Below, one piece after another: positions 24,636 to 39,104 of a DNA stretch of 64,000 nucleotides. This stretch comes from Octopus bimaculoides. Taxonomy: Eukaryota. The notes below the pieces were generated by a model. That model was given only the letters and a program-made list of their open reading frames with translations. It searched no databases and had not been told where the DNA came from. The first letter of the stretch is position 1. Each line of letters starts with the position of its first letter. Location of the stretch: assembly GCF_001194135.2 (NCBI RefSeq), contig NC_068981.1, positions 167,229,234-167,293,233 on the forward strand, read 5' to 3'. Position numbers and translations under genes: made by a program.

Positions 24636-25872
24636 TTTTAATGTTTATAGCATCCTAGCAGATATAAAGGGTATTGACAAGGAGGGAAGGAGGGATGGAG
24701 GGAGAGAGAGAGAGAGAGGAAACAGGAGAGCAAATACATGAGAGGAAAGAAGGTAAGCAAGAAAGAGAGAGAGGGAGAAAGAGAGAGAGGTAGAAAAAGA
24801 AAGGACATGCATGGCACCAACAAGGCTTGTATACATAATCGACATACATGGTGCAAGGCTTCATGCAATCCAAGAAATTATTAAAACTATTAAGACGATT
24901 CCAAAGCCTGTAATGGATATCCACATCATCTAGCATGTTAGCCCTGTCTCCTAACAGGGGGGAAACTAAAGAAAACTATAAGAAATAATTATCTAATTTT
25001 GAATAATGCTATCAAAATTACTTTCTGTGTAATTTGATTCAAGTTTCGAATATGCAATCTTCTAAATCTTTCACAACTAAGAAGAATTTTGTATTTTGAT
25101 GAATGGCTTCATATTCAACTCCTGCAGCTAGCAATTGAATACAGATTTAAACACGAAGAACTTATGAAAATATTCCAGCGCAAGATCTCAATGCGAATCT
25201 CTTTTTGATTTATGCAAATGCAGCCTGTCATATATATTGGTGTCTTCATAAAATCAGCTGTGCTTTGTAATTATTTACATTGCTTCTAATATTCGATATT
25301 CCCAAGGACTTTTATAATTCGATACTTATATCCTATCCAGATACTGTTTGTGTATGCGACAATAACGTCACAGATCATATATACACATGCATATATACAC
25401 ACGTCTATTCTTACACGTGTGCAGACACGCATGGAATCCAATACACGTATATGCACATAAATACACACACATGTATTCATACACATACGCACGCATACGC
25501 ACACACTGAGTGACACACAGGCATACAGATAAGAACATGGATACTTATATACATATATATACGCGCTTGTACACACACTCACACGTACATAGACATATCC
25601 ACTGCGATGGTAATAGACAGGAAACTACTTATACTTACTGCTATTGTGAAAAATTACAACGAGCTGCGAGCTAACGAGGAATCTTCTGCAAAAGACAGTA
25701 GCCAAATACCCCTCAAATTTTACTTATTTAAGCCACTCGATCTCTATTGACATTTGGCCATCGAAGACTTTTCTCTACTGTTTTCGACTCTGGACCGTCT
25801 TTTGGCCTCTCCTGGGTCTTGTTGGCCTTGAACTGTCATCGATGCTTCTGTAACTTTGATCTTTCCTACATA

Positions 25873-26340
<468 letters not shown>

Positions 26341-26468
26341 ACGAAAGATAAATGATAAAAGATACCCGTAATGAAAACTCTAATTATTAGTGTTAATGAT
26401 AATTCTTGTCAAGAAAGGTAAGTGAGACAATTCCGAAACATATCCGAAGTTCTCACTGTATTTATTGA

Positions 26469-26521
<53 letters not shown>

Positions 26522-26583
26522 TCTCTAAACTCCAACACACCTGCTAGATTCTGCCACATTCTGCAAGTGTATACATATGTTAA

Positions 26584-26803
26584 GGCGGCGAGCTGGCAGA
26601 ACCGTCAGCACGCCGAGCAAAATGCTTTGCAGCATTTCGTCCGTCTTTACGTTCTGAGTTCAAATTATGATTATGCCGAAGTCACCTTTGCTTTTCATCC
26701 TTTCAAGATCAATAAAATGAATACCAGTTGAACAATGGGGGTCGATGTAATCGACTAGTCCCCTCCCCACAAATTTCAGGCCGTGTGCCAAAATTTGAAA
26801 CCA
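26584..26803 (+). mobile_element. SINE family A
   Basis: GGCGGCGAGCTGGCAGAACCGTCAGCACGCC head and full body. Confidence 0.9.
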
Positions 26804-26849
26804 ATCTGTGCATATGCAATCTGCATGAAATTCAGGCCATCAAATTTCA

Positions 26850-27210
26850 ACGGCGACGTTGTGTCCTACTCATCTCTGTCCTTTTTACCACTATCATAAC
26901 GGCCTCTGCCCCTCGCTTCTGACTGAGCTCATGTCACACGCACTCTGTCACTACCGATGCACTTGTCTCTCCTCCTACCATCCTCTTGTTGTGTGCACCC
27001 TTCTCAGGCTCCACACTAACTCAGTATTTCCTTCCCAGAACGTCGGTCCCCTGGAATGTCCTCCCTGTTCATGTTATTCTTGCAATTGCTGTGACTTGTT
27101 GACTTTCAAAAATCCAAGAGGGACATTAATGGTATTAACCTTACCGGTCTCGGAGATACTCTGAAGGCTATGGGCCTTGTCCCTCCCTCCGGTCATAACA
27201 AGTAAGGTAT
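26850..27210 (+). mobile_element. L2/Crack/CR1-group LINE 3' end, frameshifted
   Basis: Across frameshifts: RRCV..LFYHYHNGLCPSLL, HPLVVCT, FLPRTSVPWNVLPVHV..DLLTFK, resembling the FYxYYxGxC...PRTxxLWNxLP...FK terminus. Confidence 0.65.
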
Positions 27211-27276
27211 GTAAGTGTAAACGGCTTAATTCAATAAAAACTAACTGCTAGAATAATAAACATATATACAATTATG

Positions 27277-27332
<56 letters not shown>

Positions 27333-27477
27333 ATACATGCATACTTACATACATACATGCATATTCCCCACATCTAGATAATTCTTGTTCTCTCCACTTT
27401 TCCCCTAATTGACACCGAACAATCATTATAATTATTATTTTAGAAAAATTATTTTCAGTTTCAGAAAATTAAAATAG

Positions 27478-27750
27478 ACTGGCATTCCCTCGGTTGCGAT
27501 GACAAGTGTTCCAGCTGATCCAACCAACGGAACAGCCAACTCGTGAAATTAACGCTGAAGTGGCTGAGCACTCCGAAAACGTGAGTTGTCATAACGTAGT
27601 TCTCAAGGGGATTCAAGGGAACACACTGAATATGACAAGACTGGCTCTTTCATTGCTAGCTGACTGAAGCGGAGCAACGAAAAATAAAGTGTCTTGTTCA
27701 AGACACAAGGCGCCGCCAGGAATTGAACTCACGACCTTACGACCGTGAAC
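27478..27750 (-). mobile_element. SINE family C, diverged
   Basis: Reverse-complement match to the 57143-57529 copy (CAGCTGATCC, CTCGTGAAATTAACG, GTGGCTGAGCACTCC, GGAATTGAACTCACGACC). Confidence 0.75.
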
Positions 27751-29472
27751 CAATCAGAATTTCCAGCCTAATCCCTACTCATTCCTTTTGAGAATCTTTT
27801 GATTTCTAGCAGTGTGCTTGCCTCTTCCAAAAAACAACACATTTCGCCAGAGTCGAGAAGTCTAGTTCTTGGTGGTGTGTTTGAGATTTTTACCCGGATC
27901 ATTCATCGTCCCAGTTAGAAGGTAGATGAGTGTAAAATCTTCAGTTTTTTGTGTGACAGTGGAGTGCTTCTGTGTTAGAGATTCTGAGTAGAAAATAACT
28001 TACATATATGATATTTATTAGCGACAGAGAGGTAATATTTATCCCCACTTAAACGTGGATGTTGATGTTGAATGTTCTATTAGAACAAACTATACTGCAG
28101 TAGTTTCCATGAGAGAAACCCTTATATTGGCTTTTTGGTGCAAAATGCAATCTTGCTTATATCGCTAGTGGAGAGATATATCCCCACCATCTCCAGTGTT
28201 GAGACTACCAGAACATGTGATTTCGACCTTCCTTGGTCTCGTCAATGATGGATGTCCGACTATTAAAGATAGGAGTGACCTCATCTCCCCGCCAGCGATA
28301 TATGGAAAAAAAAAACAGTGCCGGAATAGGCGCTGGTATCGCTCACTGATTAATAGCGACTTACTTTTTGCTCTCGTCTGTTGAAGTATATCTCCGCCTC
28401 TTCTAAATATCCAAGCTTTTTGCAGAGTGAGATGAGATCGAAAACATTTATGATCTTGGTCGCAGAAATAATTTTCGCTTTATTTTCGCTGCTACAGATG
28501 TTGTCAGTATCATCCTAGTCGCTGCAGTTATTGTTTCTTATTTGAGTGGCGGTGGATTTGTTTGTGCTGCTACATTTAGTTGCCATAACAGTGGCAATGC
28601 ACAACTGTTTGCTGTTCATGATTTTGTGAGTTTCTTTGTTTGGCATGTCATTGGTCTCGGTGCTGCTACTATTGTTGTTGCAACTGTTTTTGCTGCTATT
28701 AGAGTTGTTACTGTTGTCGGTGCTACTAATGCTGAAACTACTATTTTTAATTACCTCGGCTGTAGTATTGGGTGGTAGAAGATGATTGCAAAAGACGGTT
28801 TCACTTTCAAAATCTCCTCTCACCTTCACCTCTTGCTAGCTGGTTGACAAAGGGGGCGTCATTCTGAGATTTTATTATGCTTCGAAAAGTATTTTACTTG
28901 CTCATCTATCAAAAGGTTACATAAAAACATACATACATACATACAAACATACATAATGTCTGTATATATGTGTGTGTGTGCTTCTGTGCGGTTTTCCCTT
29001 TGTCTTGCTTTTGTCGATGCATAGTTATTTTTTTTAGCAAAAAATAGAAATATTACTATTTTCTTCATAAAATATGAAAAATTTGCAAGCTACACGAAAT
29101 ACGCACATGGACGTTAACAAAGCGTTTGTACACACTCTTCCAGCCACTTACATGCAAGTTTAGTCTACTCGTGCTTTGTTGTTCAAATTTCAGTTTGCTA
29201 TGTGAATGGGCTCCCAGTCACTCATACGCCTGCGCAGTCTGGTCGTTGATTAAATTTCAGCTTATGTGCGTTTAATTNNNNNNNNNNNNNNNNNNNNNNN
29301 NNNNNNNNNNNNNNNNNNNNNNNNNNNNNNNNNNNNNNNNNNNNNNNNNNNNNNNNNNNNNNNNNNNNNNNNNNNNNNNNNNNNNNNNNNNNNNNNNNNN
29401 NNNNNNNNNNNNNNNNNNNNNNNNNNNNNNNNNNNNNNNNNNNNNNNNNNNNNNNNNNNNNNNNNNNNNNNN

Positions 29473-29518
<46 letters not shown>

Positions 29519-30766
29519 TATACACACACACATATATATATACATATACATGCATATATATACATATATATATATACATATATATATGTATATATATATA
29601 TATATATATACACATATATATATACATATACATATATATACATCTATATACACACACATATATATATAAACACACATACACACACATTTATGTATGCATA
29701 CATACATTTAAACAATTACTTTCTTAACGCCTATCTCTCGTTTTGTTTATTTGGTTCATTACATATATTGCTCTACATCGAGATTATAAGTATATTCCAG
29801 TGGATTCCTTTTATTAGGAGTTCTTTTGGTATATTTTAAGAAATTACATACATATATCTATGTATATAATTTCTATATATACAAGTATATATTTATGTGT
29901 TTATATACGTATGCATACTCACCCACATACCTACATACATACATTCACACACACACACATGCACATATATAATTTATGCCATATATTTTCGTGAATAGAT
30001 TCACTGAAAGTTTTCCCCAATGAACATTCAAATAAATTAAATAAAGTTGATCGCACGGACGTTAAACTTGCAACAGTGTGTTGCAAATGTCGGAATATAT
30101 TGATTGTAAGAGCACCGGTTGTCATGATGCAATGTAGCTATACGATGCCTTGTAGAAATATCACACTTGGTCGACAAGAGACAAAGAAGAAAGTTCATCT
30201 AGCTGCTTGACTTATATTTGTTTCTTGTAACATCACTTAAAGTAGAGAGAGAATCTTCAATTTAGCTTTATACAAAAATCACAAATAAATATTCATATTT
30301 TAAATAACTGAGTGGTGATCTTGAGCACTTTAAGTGTGGGATTATGAACACAGCTTCCATGCTGATGAATTTGTTAGATGAAAAACGAGCTGTGTGTTCA
30401 AATCTATAGTAGCGTTACATAATATCTTCAAGAAGGTCACTTGTTTTTTTTTATTTTCTTTTTAATTATTTTAATTTTCTTACCTTTCGGGAATAAAATA
30501 TTTGTTATTACTCTTATACAATCACTGATAAGTCCAGATGTTCAGGCACTGCTGGCTACACTAAACTTTTAGACAGGGGTTTGTTATGAAAACTAGAAAG
30601 GACGTAATACATTTTGGAAGCCCGACTCACCCACAAAAACACTAATACGGATTATGTTTAAGTGAAAAGTGTACTAAATACCAAGTAGGTAACATTTGGT
30701 TTAATTATAAACGGAAAATTTTAGGCATTTCTCCGCAGACTGAAGAAAAATATTGATGAATAACAT

Positions 30767-30801
30767 TAATCGATTTTCGAACTTTATTGGGCTCTCATCA
30801 G
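30767..30801 (-). ncRNA. Damaged minimal hammerhead core (stem I not formed)
   Basis: Minus strand CTGATGA-GAGC-ccaataaa-GTTC-GAAA-ATCGAT-TA: intact core, 4-bp stem II, palindrome AATCGATT; flanks do not pair. Confidence 0.35.
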
Positions 30802-31035
30802 AGGCGTCCACATCATTAAGACAATCTCTGGAGAAACGAGCAGCCAAACTGTTTATATACTCAACAAATTCAGCAGTTACTCTATGAAGGAGTCCCTAAT
30901 TTGCATACTGAAAGTGTTTAACACTATAAATTCAAACGTAAATCTGTGTGTGTCATTATTTGCAGTTTCTTGTATTCGTACCTAATATATGTATATATAT
31001 AACACGCGCGCACACACACTCACGCATACATACAT

Positions 31036-31133
<98 letters not shown>

Positions 31134-31261
31134 CATCGAATTTCTGTCTGTTTGTTTGTCTGTCAAAATGAAAGTAAAGACAGCAAATCTGTAGGAGTAG
31201 TCTCACCCTGGTTCAGATTCGAAACTGGATATTTCAATTCTCCTTGGGAATACGTTAAAAA

Positions 31262-33434
31262 ATAACCAATTAGGGAGATATATAAGCAGTACTGAGGCCT
31301 CCTGGCGCATATTTGGAATCCCAATCCACGAAAGACACCCAGCCATTCAACAACTTCCTGTGCATTTAGAAAATGATCAAAGGGCTTATTTCACTGCTAA
31401 GACAGCTGCAAATTAAGTTTCAAATCCAAAGGATTCCACTTTAACACCATTTTTCAATCTTTTTCGGGGAGACAATTATGCAAAAACGCTGCAATATCAT
31501 GAGGTTCCTTCTTATTACACATGGAGTAATAATAAATGGAATAGACGAAAAATAGATACAAAGGTTCAAGGTCATTCTGGGATTAAGTTTGGTACAACAA
31601 TTGGTAGAGTGTATACTGTACATCCCAACGAAAATGTATGCTTTCATTTCAGAATGCTTCTTCATGTAAAAAGCTGACCGACTTCATAGGAAAACTTGAA
31701 AGAAGTTGATGGTGCGATTTGCAGAACATATCGAGAAACGTGTTTGAAGTTAGATTTGCTTGCAAATGATCAGAAACGGGAAGCAACACTGGAAGAAGCT
31801 TCAATATCAAAATACCAAAGAGTTTAAGAAGTCTTTTTGCTATTATTCTCAAAAATTATGAAGTAAGTAATCCTGCTGAACTGTGGAATAAGTCCAGAAA
31901 TGAGCTTGCTGAAGATTTCAGGCACCAAATTCAGTTGAGTAATTCTGAGCAAGATATTGGTTTCACTGATGAAACAATACAGCTTTGATTGAAATAGAAG
32001 ACCAAAGTATTTCAACGGGAGGTGAACCTTTAGAAAATTTAGGTCTCCCACTAACTAATAGAGGGGGTCTTAACAGTCTGTCCACTGAATTAATGAAGGA
32101 AATTTCCTATGAAATGGAGGAACTGACCATGCACATAAATGATAATCTTCCCAAGCTTCTACCTGATCAACGTCGTGCATATTCCGCTGTCATAGAAAGT
32201 ATTAACAATAAAGTAGGATGACTTTATTTCTTAAATGCTCCAGGAGGTACTGGGAAAACATTTGTAATTAAACTCCTCCTGACTAAAGTTCGTCAAGAAA
32301 ATAAAATAACTTTAGGTACTGCTAATTCTGGGATTGCAGCAACATTACTACCCGAAGGTCGGACTGTTCATTCAACATTCAAGTTACATTTAGATTTATC
32401 TAACAAAGAAGATCCAGTTTGAAATATATCTAAACATTTTGGAATGGGTGAACTAATACAATGATGTTAATTGTCTGGGGGGAATGTACCATGGCCCACA
32501 AAAAGCTTTTGAAGCTGTGGACAGAATATTAAGAGACATTAGAAATTTTAATTCCATGATGAGGAATGTCACAGTATTATTGTCAGGAGAGTTCTGATAA
32601 ACACTACCAGTTGTTCCGAGAGGAACAAAAGTGAATGAGCTCAAAGCTTCAATAAAGTATTCTGTATTATTGCACCATGTAAAAGCATTTCAACTTTCGA
32701 CAAATATGAGATCGAGGTTTTCAAGAGATCAATCAGCTGAACTATTTGAAGAGCAGCTTTTGGAACTCGGTGAAGCGGGAGTTGCGATTGATGAATAACA
32801 GTTTCTTACACTCAATCCAATATGTAATTCAGCTGATTCTATCGATGATTTGGTGAAATCTTTCCGAATCTTCTTCATAATTACAACAATTCAGATTGGA
32901 TCTGTGAGCAAACTATCCTGGCCCCTAAAAGTGTTACTGTAAATATTGAATAAACTTCGAGGAGAAGTATTCACTTATAACTCAGTCGACAGTGTTGTTG
33001 ATGATCAGGATAGTTTTAACAACCCCATCGAATTTTTGGACTCACTTAAACCATTAGGTACAGCTCATTATTGTCTTCAGTTGAAAAAAGGGACTCCTAT
33101 TATGCTATTGCATAATTTGTTTCAACTAAAATTATGCAATGGTACAATACTAATTGTGCACAAATTTATGAGGAACTGCATTGAGGCAAATATTCTCACT
33201 GGTTGTGGTAACGGTGAGACCTTCTACATTCCTCGCATACCAGTTATACCATTTAATCTCCCATTCCAGTTTAAGCGGTTACAGTTTCCTGTCCAAGTTT
33301 CTTTTGTTACAAGTTTTCTCTTATAAATTACACACAAACAGGATGAGTAAATTATATATATAATACTACTTTGAAAATGGCTCCTGAGAAAGAGTAAAAG
33401 TAATTACCCGATCAACGACGGGTATTACTGCTAG
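31262..33434 (+). mobile_element. Helitron remnant: end of Rep, PIF1-like helicase pseudogene and intact 3' terminus
   Basis: GRYISSTEASWRIFGIPIHERHPAIQQLPVHLEN; IGRVYTVHPNENVCF; YFLNAPGGTGKTF (Walker A); SGIAATLLPEGRTVHSTFKL; LQLKKGTPIMLLHNL..LCNGT..IPRIP..FKRLQFPV. Many stops and frameshifts. Hairpin TACCCG-atcaacga-CGGGTA at 33405-33424, then CTAG at 33431-33434 followed by T. Confidence 0.95.
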
Positions 33435-34275
33435 TATATACCTATATATATCCTGTATATGTGACAAACATTATTTAATTAAAACAGCGATCTATGTACT
33501 ATACTTAAAATATATACACCGTCAATAGGTCAGTTATTGCAGTATTTGTTTTGAGATAAATCCTCCAATGGACTTGTTGCACTAAGAACACAATAAATAT
33601 CAGAAAGGACGAAAATTAATCCCAGTAGTGGTCAGCGAGAGTGCCAGGTGCATTTCAATCCCTCTGGGCCTTTTCAATGGCACGCATTCGCAACCAGCCT
33701 GATGCTCCAACGAGAACTCGTCGTCTCTGATGAACCGGAATGGATACCACAGAATAATCTATCCGAATATTTGACGACTTGGCTAACACAGTTCCACAGA
33801 ATTTTAGGACGAAAATGTTTCTGAAGCGCTTTTTCGAGCTGAATCCAGATATGCTATTCATTTTCACTAATCATGTCAAGATCATTGCATACACATTACA
33901 TTGATTTTTTATAAAGTTTTCCTTGATTTTTATGTCCTGGTCTGTCTTTGGAACAGGGGGCGGGGTCAAAGTGTGAAAAATGTTTCATTGCCACCCTTCC
34001 CTTGCATAAAGAATAGTAAAATTATGAATAAGCTGATTTCGTGCATAGATAGTTTAATTGCAACAAGATTTCAGTTAGAAATGGGGATGTTTTTTTACAT
34101 ATGATAGAGAAAATATAAAAGGAAGTATAGTGTCGCTTTATTCTATTGATACAGAGTCTTAAATACAAAATCTACAAATTATATGTATAGCAGTTAAAAT
34201 ATGTCACAAACGTATTTTAATTAACCTAAAGTTCGTATATATACATATATATATATATATAAGAATATATTAAAA

Positions 34276-34406
34276 ATATATAAAGGAGGCCATTAGGTGG
34301 ACTGCTAATGTGCTCCCCTTTGAGAATTATTTGGTCTTAGTAGACACATGACATGTGATCTTCTTCTAGCACATTAGCAGTCCACCTAGTGGCCTCCTTT
34401 ATATAT
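34276..34406. mobile_element. Small TA-flanked MITE/foldback with 39-bp terminal inverted repeats
   Basis: 34276-34314 versus 34368-34406: 1 mismatch (TATAAAGGAGGCCATTAGGTGGACTGCTAATGTGCT core), embedded in TA-rich DNA. Confidence 0.75.
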
Positions 34407-34548
34407 ATATATAGTTATATTTTCTTATATATACATACAATAATCGTTTGAGATCTCAGATTTTCCTGAATCTCCCTGATTCTTTTCATGTGCTTGTTAC
34501 CTGGTATTAAATTGATATTAATTAACATCCAATTATTTTACCCTATTG

Positions 34549-34583
<35 letters not shown>

Positions 34584-35200
34584 TGGATCCTGCACAGTTT
34601 CCTTGCATCTGATTACACTCAGAATCATTCGGTTGATACGCTTGTGGTAGAAAATATTTGCTGCATTTGCTCCGCAGTGGAATCGAAACCAAAGCTGTCA
34701 ATTGAATTTCTTAATCAATAGTTGTTTACACCTTTTTAATGATGCATGTTTATGACTTACAGTTAGTCTTATGCTACATCATTAAAATGCATGAACAAAA
34801 GCACAGATATCACCTTTTCAGTCTGGTACTAATATAACTTATCATTTTGATACTAATATATATTAATGAAGACAACTGCCAGTAACAATTATGCAATTTT
34901 GACATCTTTAAAACATTACCGTATCTTTGTTGGTGTTATTGTTGTTGTTATTGCTGTTGTTGCTGTGGTTTAGCTGCAGTTCAAGACAGACAGAGCAGAC
35001 CTATGATAAACGCAATCTAGCTGCGAACTATCTTGTATTATCAATGATATTTTTAGGACTACATTATTTATGGTACCCTTTTCCATATTTAAGACAGACG
35101 GGTACGATGTAATGGAAATTTGGTTGCTATTTCTGGCATGCCGAACGAATACATTGATTCTGAAAAATTCTAACAAATGCGATTAAAATCACATGATAAA

Positions 35201-35498
35201 GGCATGGCTGTGTGGTTAAGAAGCTCACTTTGCAGCTACAAGGTTTCGGGTTCAGTCCTTGGGCAAGTGTCTTCCACTATAGCTTCGAACCGACAATTAC
35301 CTTGTGAGTAGATTTGCTTGACGGAAAGCTATGTAGAATCCAATCTATCTATCTATCTATCTGTCTATCTATCTGTCTGTCTGTCTACCTGTCTACCTGT
35401 CTGTGTTAGTGTTTTGAACCTACCTACTGTCGCTTGGCAACAAGTGTTGGTTTGTTTATGTCCATGTAACATATCGACTGGGCAGTGGAGACGGATAG
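35201..35498 (+). mobile_element. SINE family B, diverged, with internal (TATC)/(TGTC) repeats
   Basis: GGCATGGCTGTGTGGTTAAGAAGC..GGTTTCGGGTTCAGTC..GGGCAAGTGTCTTCCACTATAGC. Confidence 0.75.
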
Positions 35499-35787
35499 TA
35501 TAGGCGCAAGCGTAGCTGTGTCGTAAGAAGCTTGTTTCTCAACTACATAGCTCAGGGTCCAGTCCTACTGTGTGACACTTTGGGTAAGTGTTTTCTACTA
35601 TAGTCTCGGGCCGACCAAAGCCTTGTGAGTGGATTTGGAAGACGGTTACTTGTACACATACACGCAAACACACAGACCCATGCGGTTGCACGCACACAAG
35701 ATAACACATACATAGACATGCCCATACGCGCACACACACACCTGTCAGTACATGGAATGCATATCACTCTACATAATGTACACACTG
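35499..35787 (+). repeat. 289-bp segment (5' half of a family B SINE plus non-SINE flank), inverted duplicate at 41739-42027
   Basis: 5 mismatches in 289 bp; also visible as twin ORFs 35539-35739(-) and 41787-41987(+). Confidence 0.95.
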
Positions 35788-36173
35788 GGTTACTTATACG
35801 CATACACACACACAGGTCCACATAGTTTTCAGCCCACCCACACATACATACTCACACGATCGCCCCCATTCACACATGCACACTCACACATGCACACTCA
35901 CACACCATTCTCACATACACACATGCGCTTGCGCACCTTAGTTCGTTGGGTTCACCGTTATCGTTATTATTATTATTTCCCTTTCATTCAGCCTCTTTTT
36001 TCTGGTCATCTCGTCACGTTGGACCGTTGAACACTGCATATCTTTTCTCTCTGTCGAAGAGCATAGGTTCGAAACGTAAAAGACTTTTCCATTCTTCCCG
36101 CGCGTTAAACTAATACACATGCTTGTTGTTCCTACACCTGTCTTCGTCTTATGTTTTCCGTAAATTTGAACTA

Positions 36174-36286
<113 letters not shown>

Positions 36287-36749
36287 CGTAAACATACTCT
36301 ATTCGAAATTCAAGATATTCATGCTTTTCACAAAACCTATTAGTGTAATGACTTAGGATAGATACAAATGGAAATCGAAGCAACGTTTTGAACTCGATTC
36401 GCCGAAATCTAATCTTTAATGCTACGAACTAGTTGAACCAAGTATTTTTCAACTTTCGGTTTTTTTCATTATCAAATCCTGTACAATAGGAAAACAAAAA
36501 CGATTCTCATGAGTAATGAACTAAGAACACTGAAGATTTATACTAGTCGACAATAAAAACAGCTTGTTCAACTCAGTCGTCCAAATAATGACAACAATAC
36601 AATTTCCAATAAAGTTTTGTTATAATTTCATGAGTTTTGGTTTTGTCCTTGAAAACAATAGTAAAAAAGACGAACTTGTTTTATTCCGCTATATTGTTTC
36701 CAATGAATAGCAAGCAAATCGTAGCATTTTCAAATATTTTATCAGTGGA

Positions 36750-36925
36750 GCTTGAATGTGGCGGATGATACTAAATGCCCACCAGTTTCGAGTTCAAAGG
36801 TCTGCTTTCACTTTCAATTTCCGAGAACTATAGAAGGAAGAAAATGAATACCAGCAAAATGCTAGCGGCGATTTAATTGTCTACATCTCTACTCCTAGTT
36901 TATGGCCTTGTATCAATGTTAGAAA
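36750..36925 (+). mobile_element. SINE family A, strongly decayed
   Basis: CGAGTTCAAAGG..TTTCACTTTCAATTTCCG..AATACCAGC..TTTATGGCCTTGTATC. Confidence 0.5.
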
Positions 36926-37184
36926 CTGTTTTATTTGTTGGAAGGCAAGTGCTAATAGGAAAGAGGCAAGCTTCCGCAATGACAAAGCAGCAAGCTTGTT
37001 TGGAGTCCCCGGTTTAAGAATACCACCCTCTTGATGAATATATTTGCTTGAGAAAGGAATCAGCATCACACAGTCATCACACTGCCTTTCTTCTCTCTCT
37101 CTAAATTAAAGCATACAGTATTATAGATCCATTACAGCGGATCTATATACCCGTATAGTTTGATTAATATACCAACTCTATTGG

Positions 37185-37465
37185 CGTGGCTCTTCGTTAG
37201 TTGCAACGACGATTCTTTCAGTTGATAAGATCAACCAAACAACCTGCTCGTGAAATTAACGCGCACGCGATGAGCACTCCACAAACACGCTTACACTTAA
37301 CGTAGTTCTCAGGGAGATTCAACATGACACAGAGAGCGAAATGGCTAGCCCTTTGAATAGCAGATACAACTCGTTTTTGCCAGCTGAATGGACTGGAATA
37401 ATGAGAAATAAAGTATCTTACACAAGGAAATAACTCACAGCCTTACGATCGTGAGCTGGGAACAC
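37185..37465 (-). mobile_element. SINE family C, diverged
   Basis: CCTGCTCGTGAAATTAACG, AACGTAGTTCTCAGGGAGATTC, CCTTACGATCGTGAG match family C. Confidence 0.75.
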
Positions 37466-38021
37466 CTAGCCACGCATCTTCAACCCAATCTATTGACGAA
37501 TATCAGAGTGCATACATACATACATACATACATACATAATACATACATACATACATACATGCATACATACATACATAGGTATATATGTATGTATATATAT
37601 ATATGTGTGTTTATGTATGTGTATGTATGTATATATATGTGTGTTTATATATATATATATATATNNNNNNNNNNNNNNNNNNNNNNNNNNNNNNNNNNNN
37701 NNNNNNNNNNNNNNNNNNNNNNNNNNNNNNNNNNNNNNNNNNNNNNNNNNNNNNNNNNNNNNNNNNNNNNNNNNNNNNNNNNNNNNNNNNNNNNNNNNNN
37801 NNNNNNNNNNNNNNNNNNNNNNNNNNNNNNNNNNNNNNNNNNNNNNNNNNNNNNNNNNNNNNNNNNNNNNNNNNNNNNNNNNNNNNNNNNNNNNNNNNNN
37901 NNNNNNNNNNNNNNNNNNNNNNNNNNNNNNNNNNNNNNNNNNNNNNNNNNNNNNNNNNNNNNNNNNNNNNNNNNNNNNNNNNNNNNNNNNNNNNNNNNNN
38001 NNNNNNNNNNNNNNNNNNNNN

Positions 38022-38055
<34 letters not shown>

Positions 38056-38602
38056 TTGATTGTGTAGACAATTACCTATCTTGAAACCAGTTGTCTCATC
38101 CATTGGCCATTGGATGGCACACGTGCTGTTGCATGTTGGGAGAATTACAGTATTTGTATAGAGAGAGATAAAGGCAGTTTCTGTGCGTTCGTATTCAGAT
38201 ACATAAGAGGTGGTTATGTTTAACTGTTGCATCACTTGGAATCGCAGCAGGAAGAAAATTCGTCCAAATGCTTTGGTTGCGCCGTCCAAAAGTGATAGAT
38301 TTAATTCTCCCACAATGCAACACCACGGCGTGCGCACACAGTGGCCAATAGATGAGACAACTGGTTTCAAGGGAGGTAACTGTCTACAGTTACTTTGGGC
38401 AATATTTGAGTTTAGCCCATGCACAAAACGACAGCTCCATGACCGCAAGTTTATAGCAAAAGAGGATGAAATTTTGTAGATTTCATGACATGTTCAAGAG
38501 CATTAGCAACGCATGTAGGTTCCGATCGGGATTCGAAAAAAGCTTATGGTACTAGATTGCTTAGGCTGTCCTCTTTCTCTACAATGATTTGTATTTCATT
38601 AA

Positions 38603-39005
38603 ATGCTTAGTGGCATTTTTTCAGGCTTTACTAGCAAAATTCAAACACTGCCGAAGTCTACTTTGTTTTTCATTCTTTCGGGGTCGGAAAAATAAATACC
38701 AGATGAACACTGAGGTCGATGCAATCAACTTACTCCTCCCCCTAAATTGCTGGCTTCGCGCCAAAATTATTATTATTACTATTAATATTAAGGGTAGCGA
38801 GCTGGCAGAATCTTTAGTACGCTGGGCGAAATGCTTAGCAGTATTTCGTCCATCTTTCCGTTTTGAGTTCAAATTCCGCCGAAGTCGGTTTTGCCTTTCG
38901 TCCTTTCGGGATCGATAAAATAATTACCAGTTGAATACTGGGATCGATGTAATCGACCATCCTCCTCCCCCAAATTTCAGGGCTTGTGCCTATAGTAGAA
39001 AGTAC
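38603..39005 (+). mobile_element. Two tandem SINE family A copies
   Basis: Partial copy at 38603-38770, (TTA) spacer, near full copy at 38790-39005. Confidence 0.85.
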
Positions 39006-39045
39006 TATTACTATTAGTATTAACAACCATAGCAACAATGACAGC

Positions 39046-39104
<59 letters not shown>

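Noticed and set aside
28490-28829. Acceptor-like site plus 78-104-aa ORFs
   Set aside because: Decayed (GTT/GCT)n triplet repeat explains the open frames.
36045-36090. CTGTCGAAGAGCATAGGTTCGAAACGTA, resembling a minimal hammerhead
   Set aside because: Core has U at A6 plus an extra base and no adjacent stem I; at most a decayed repeat end.
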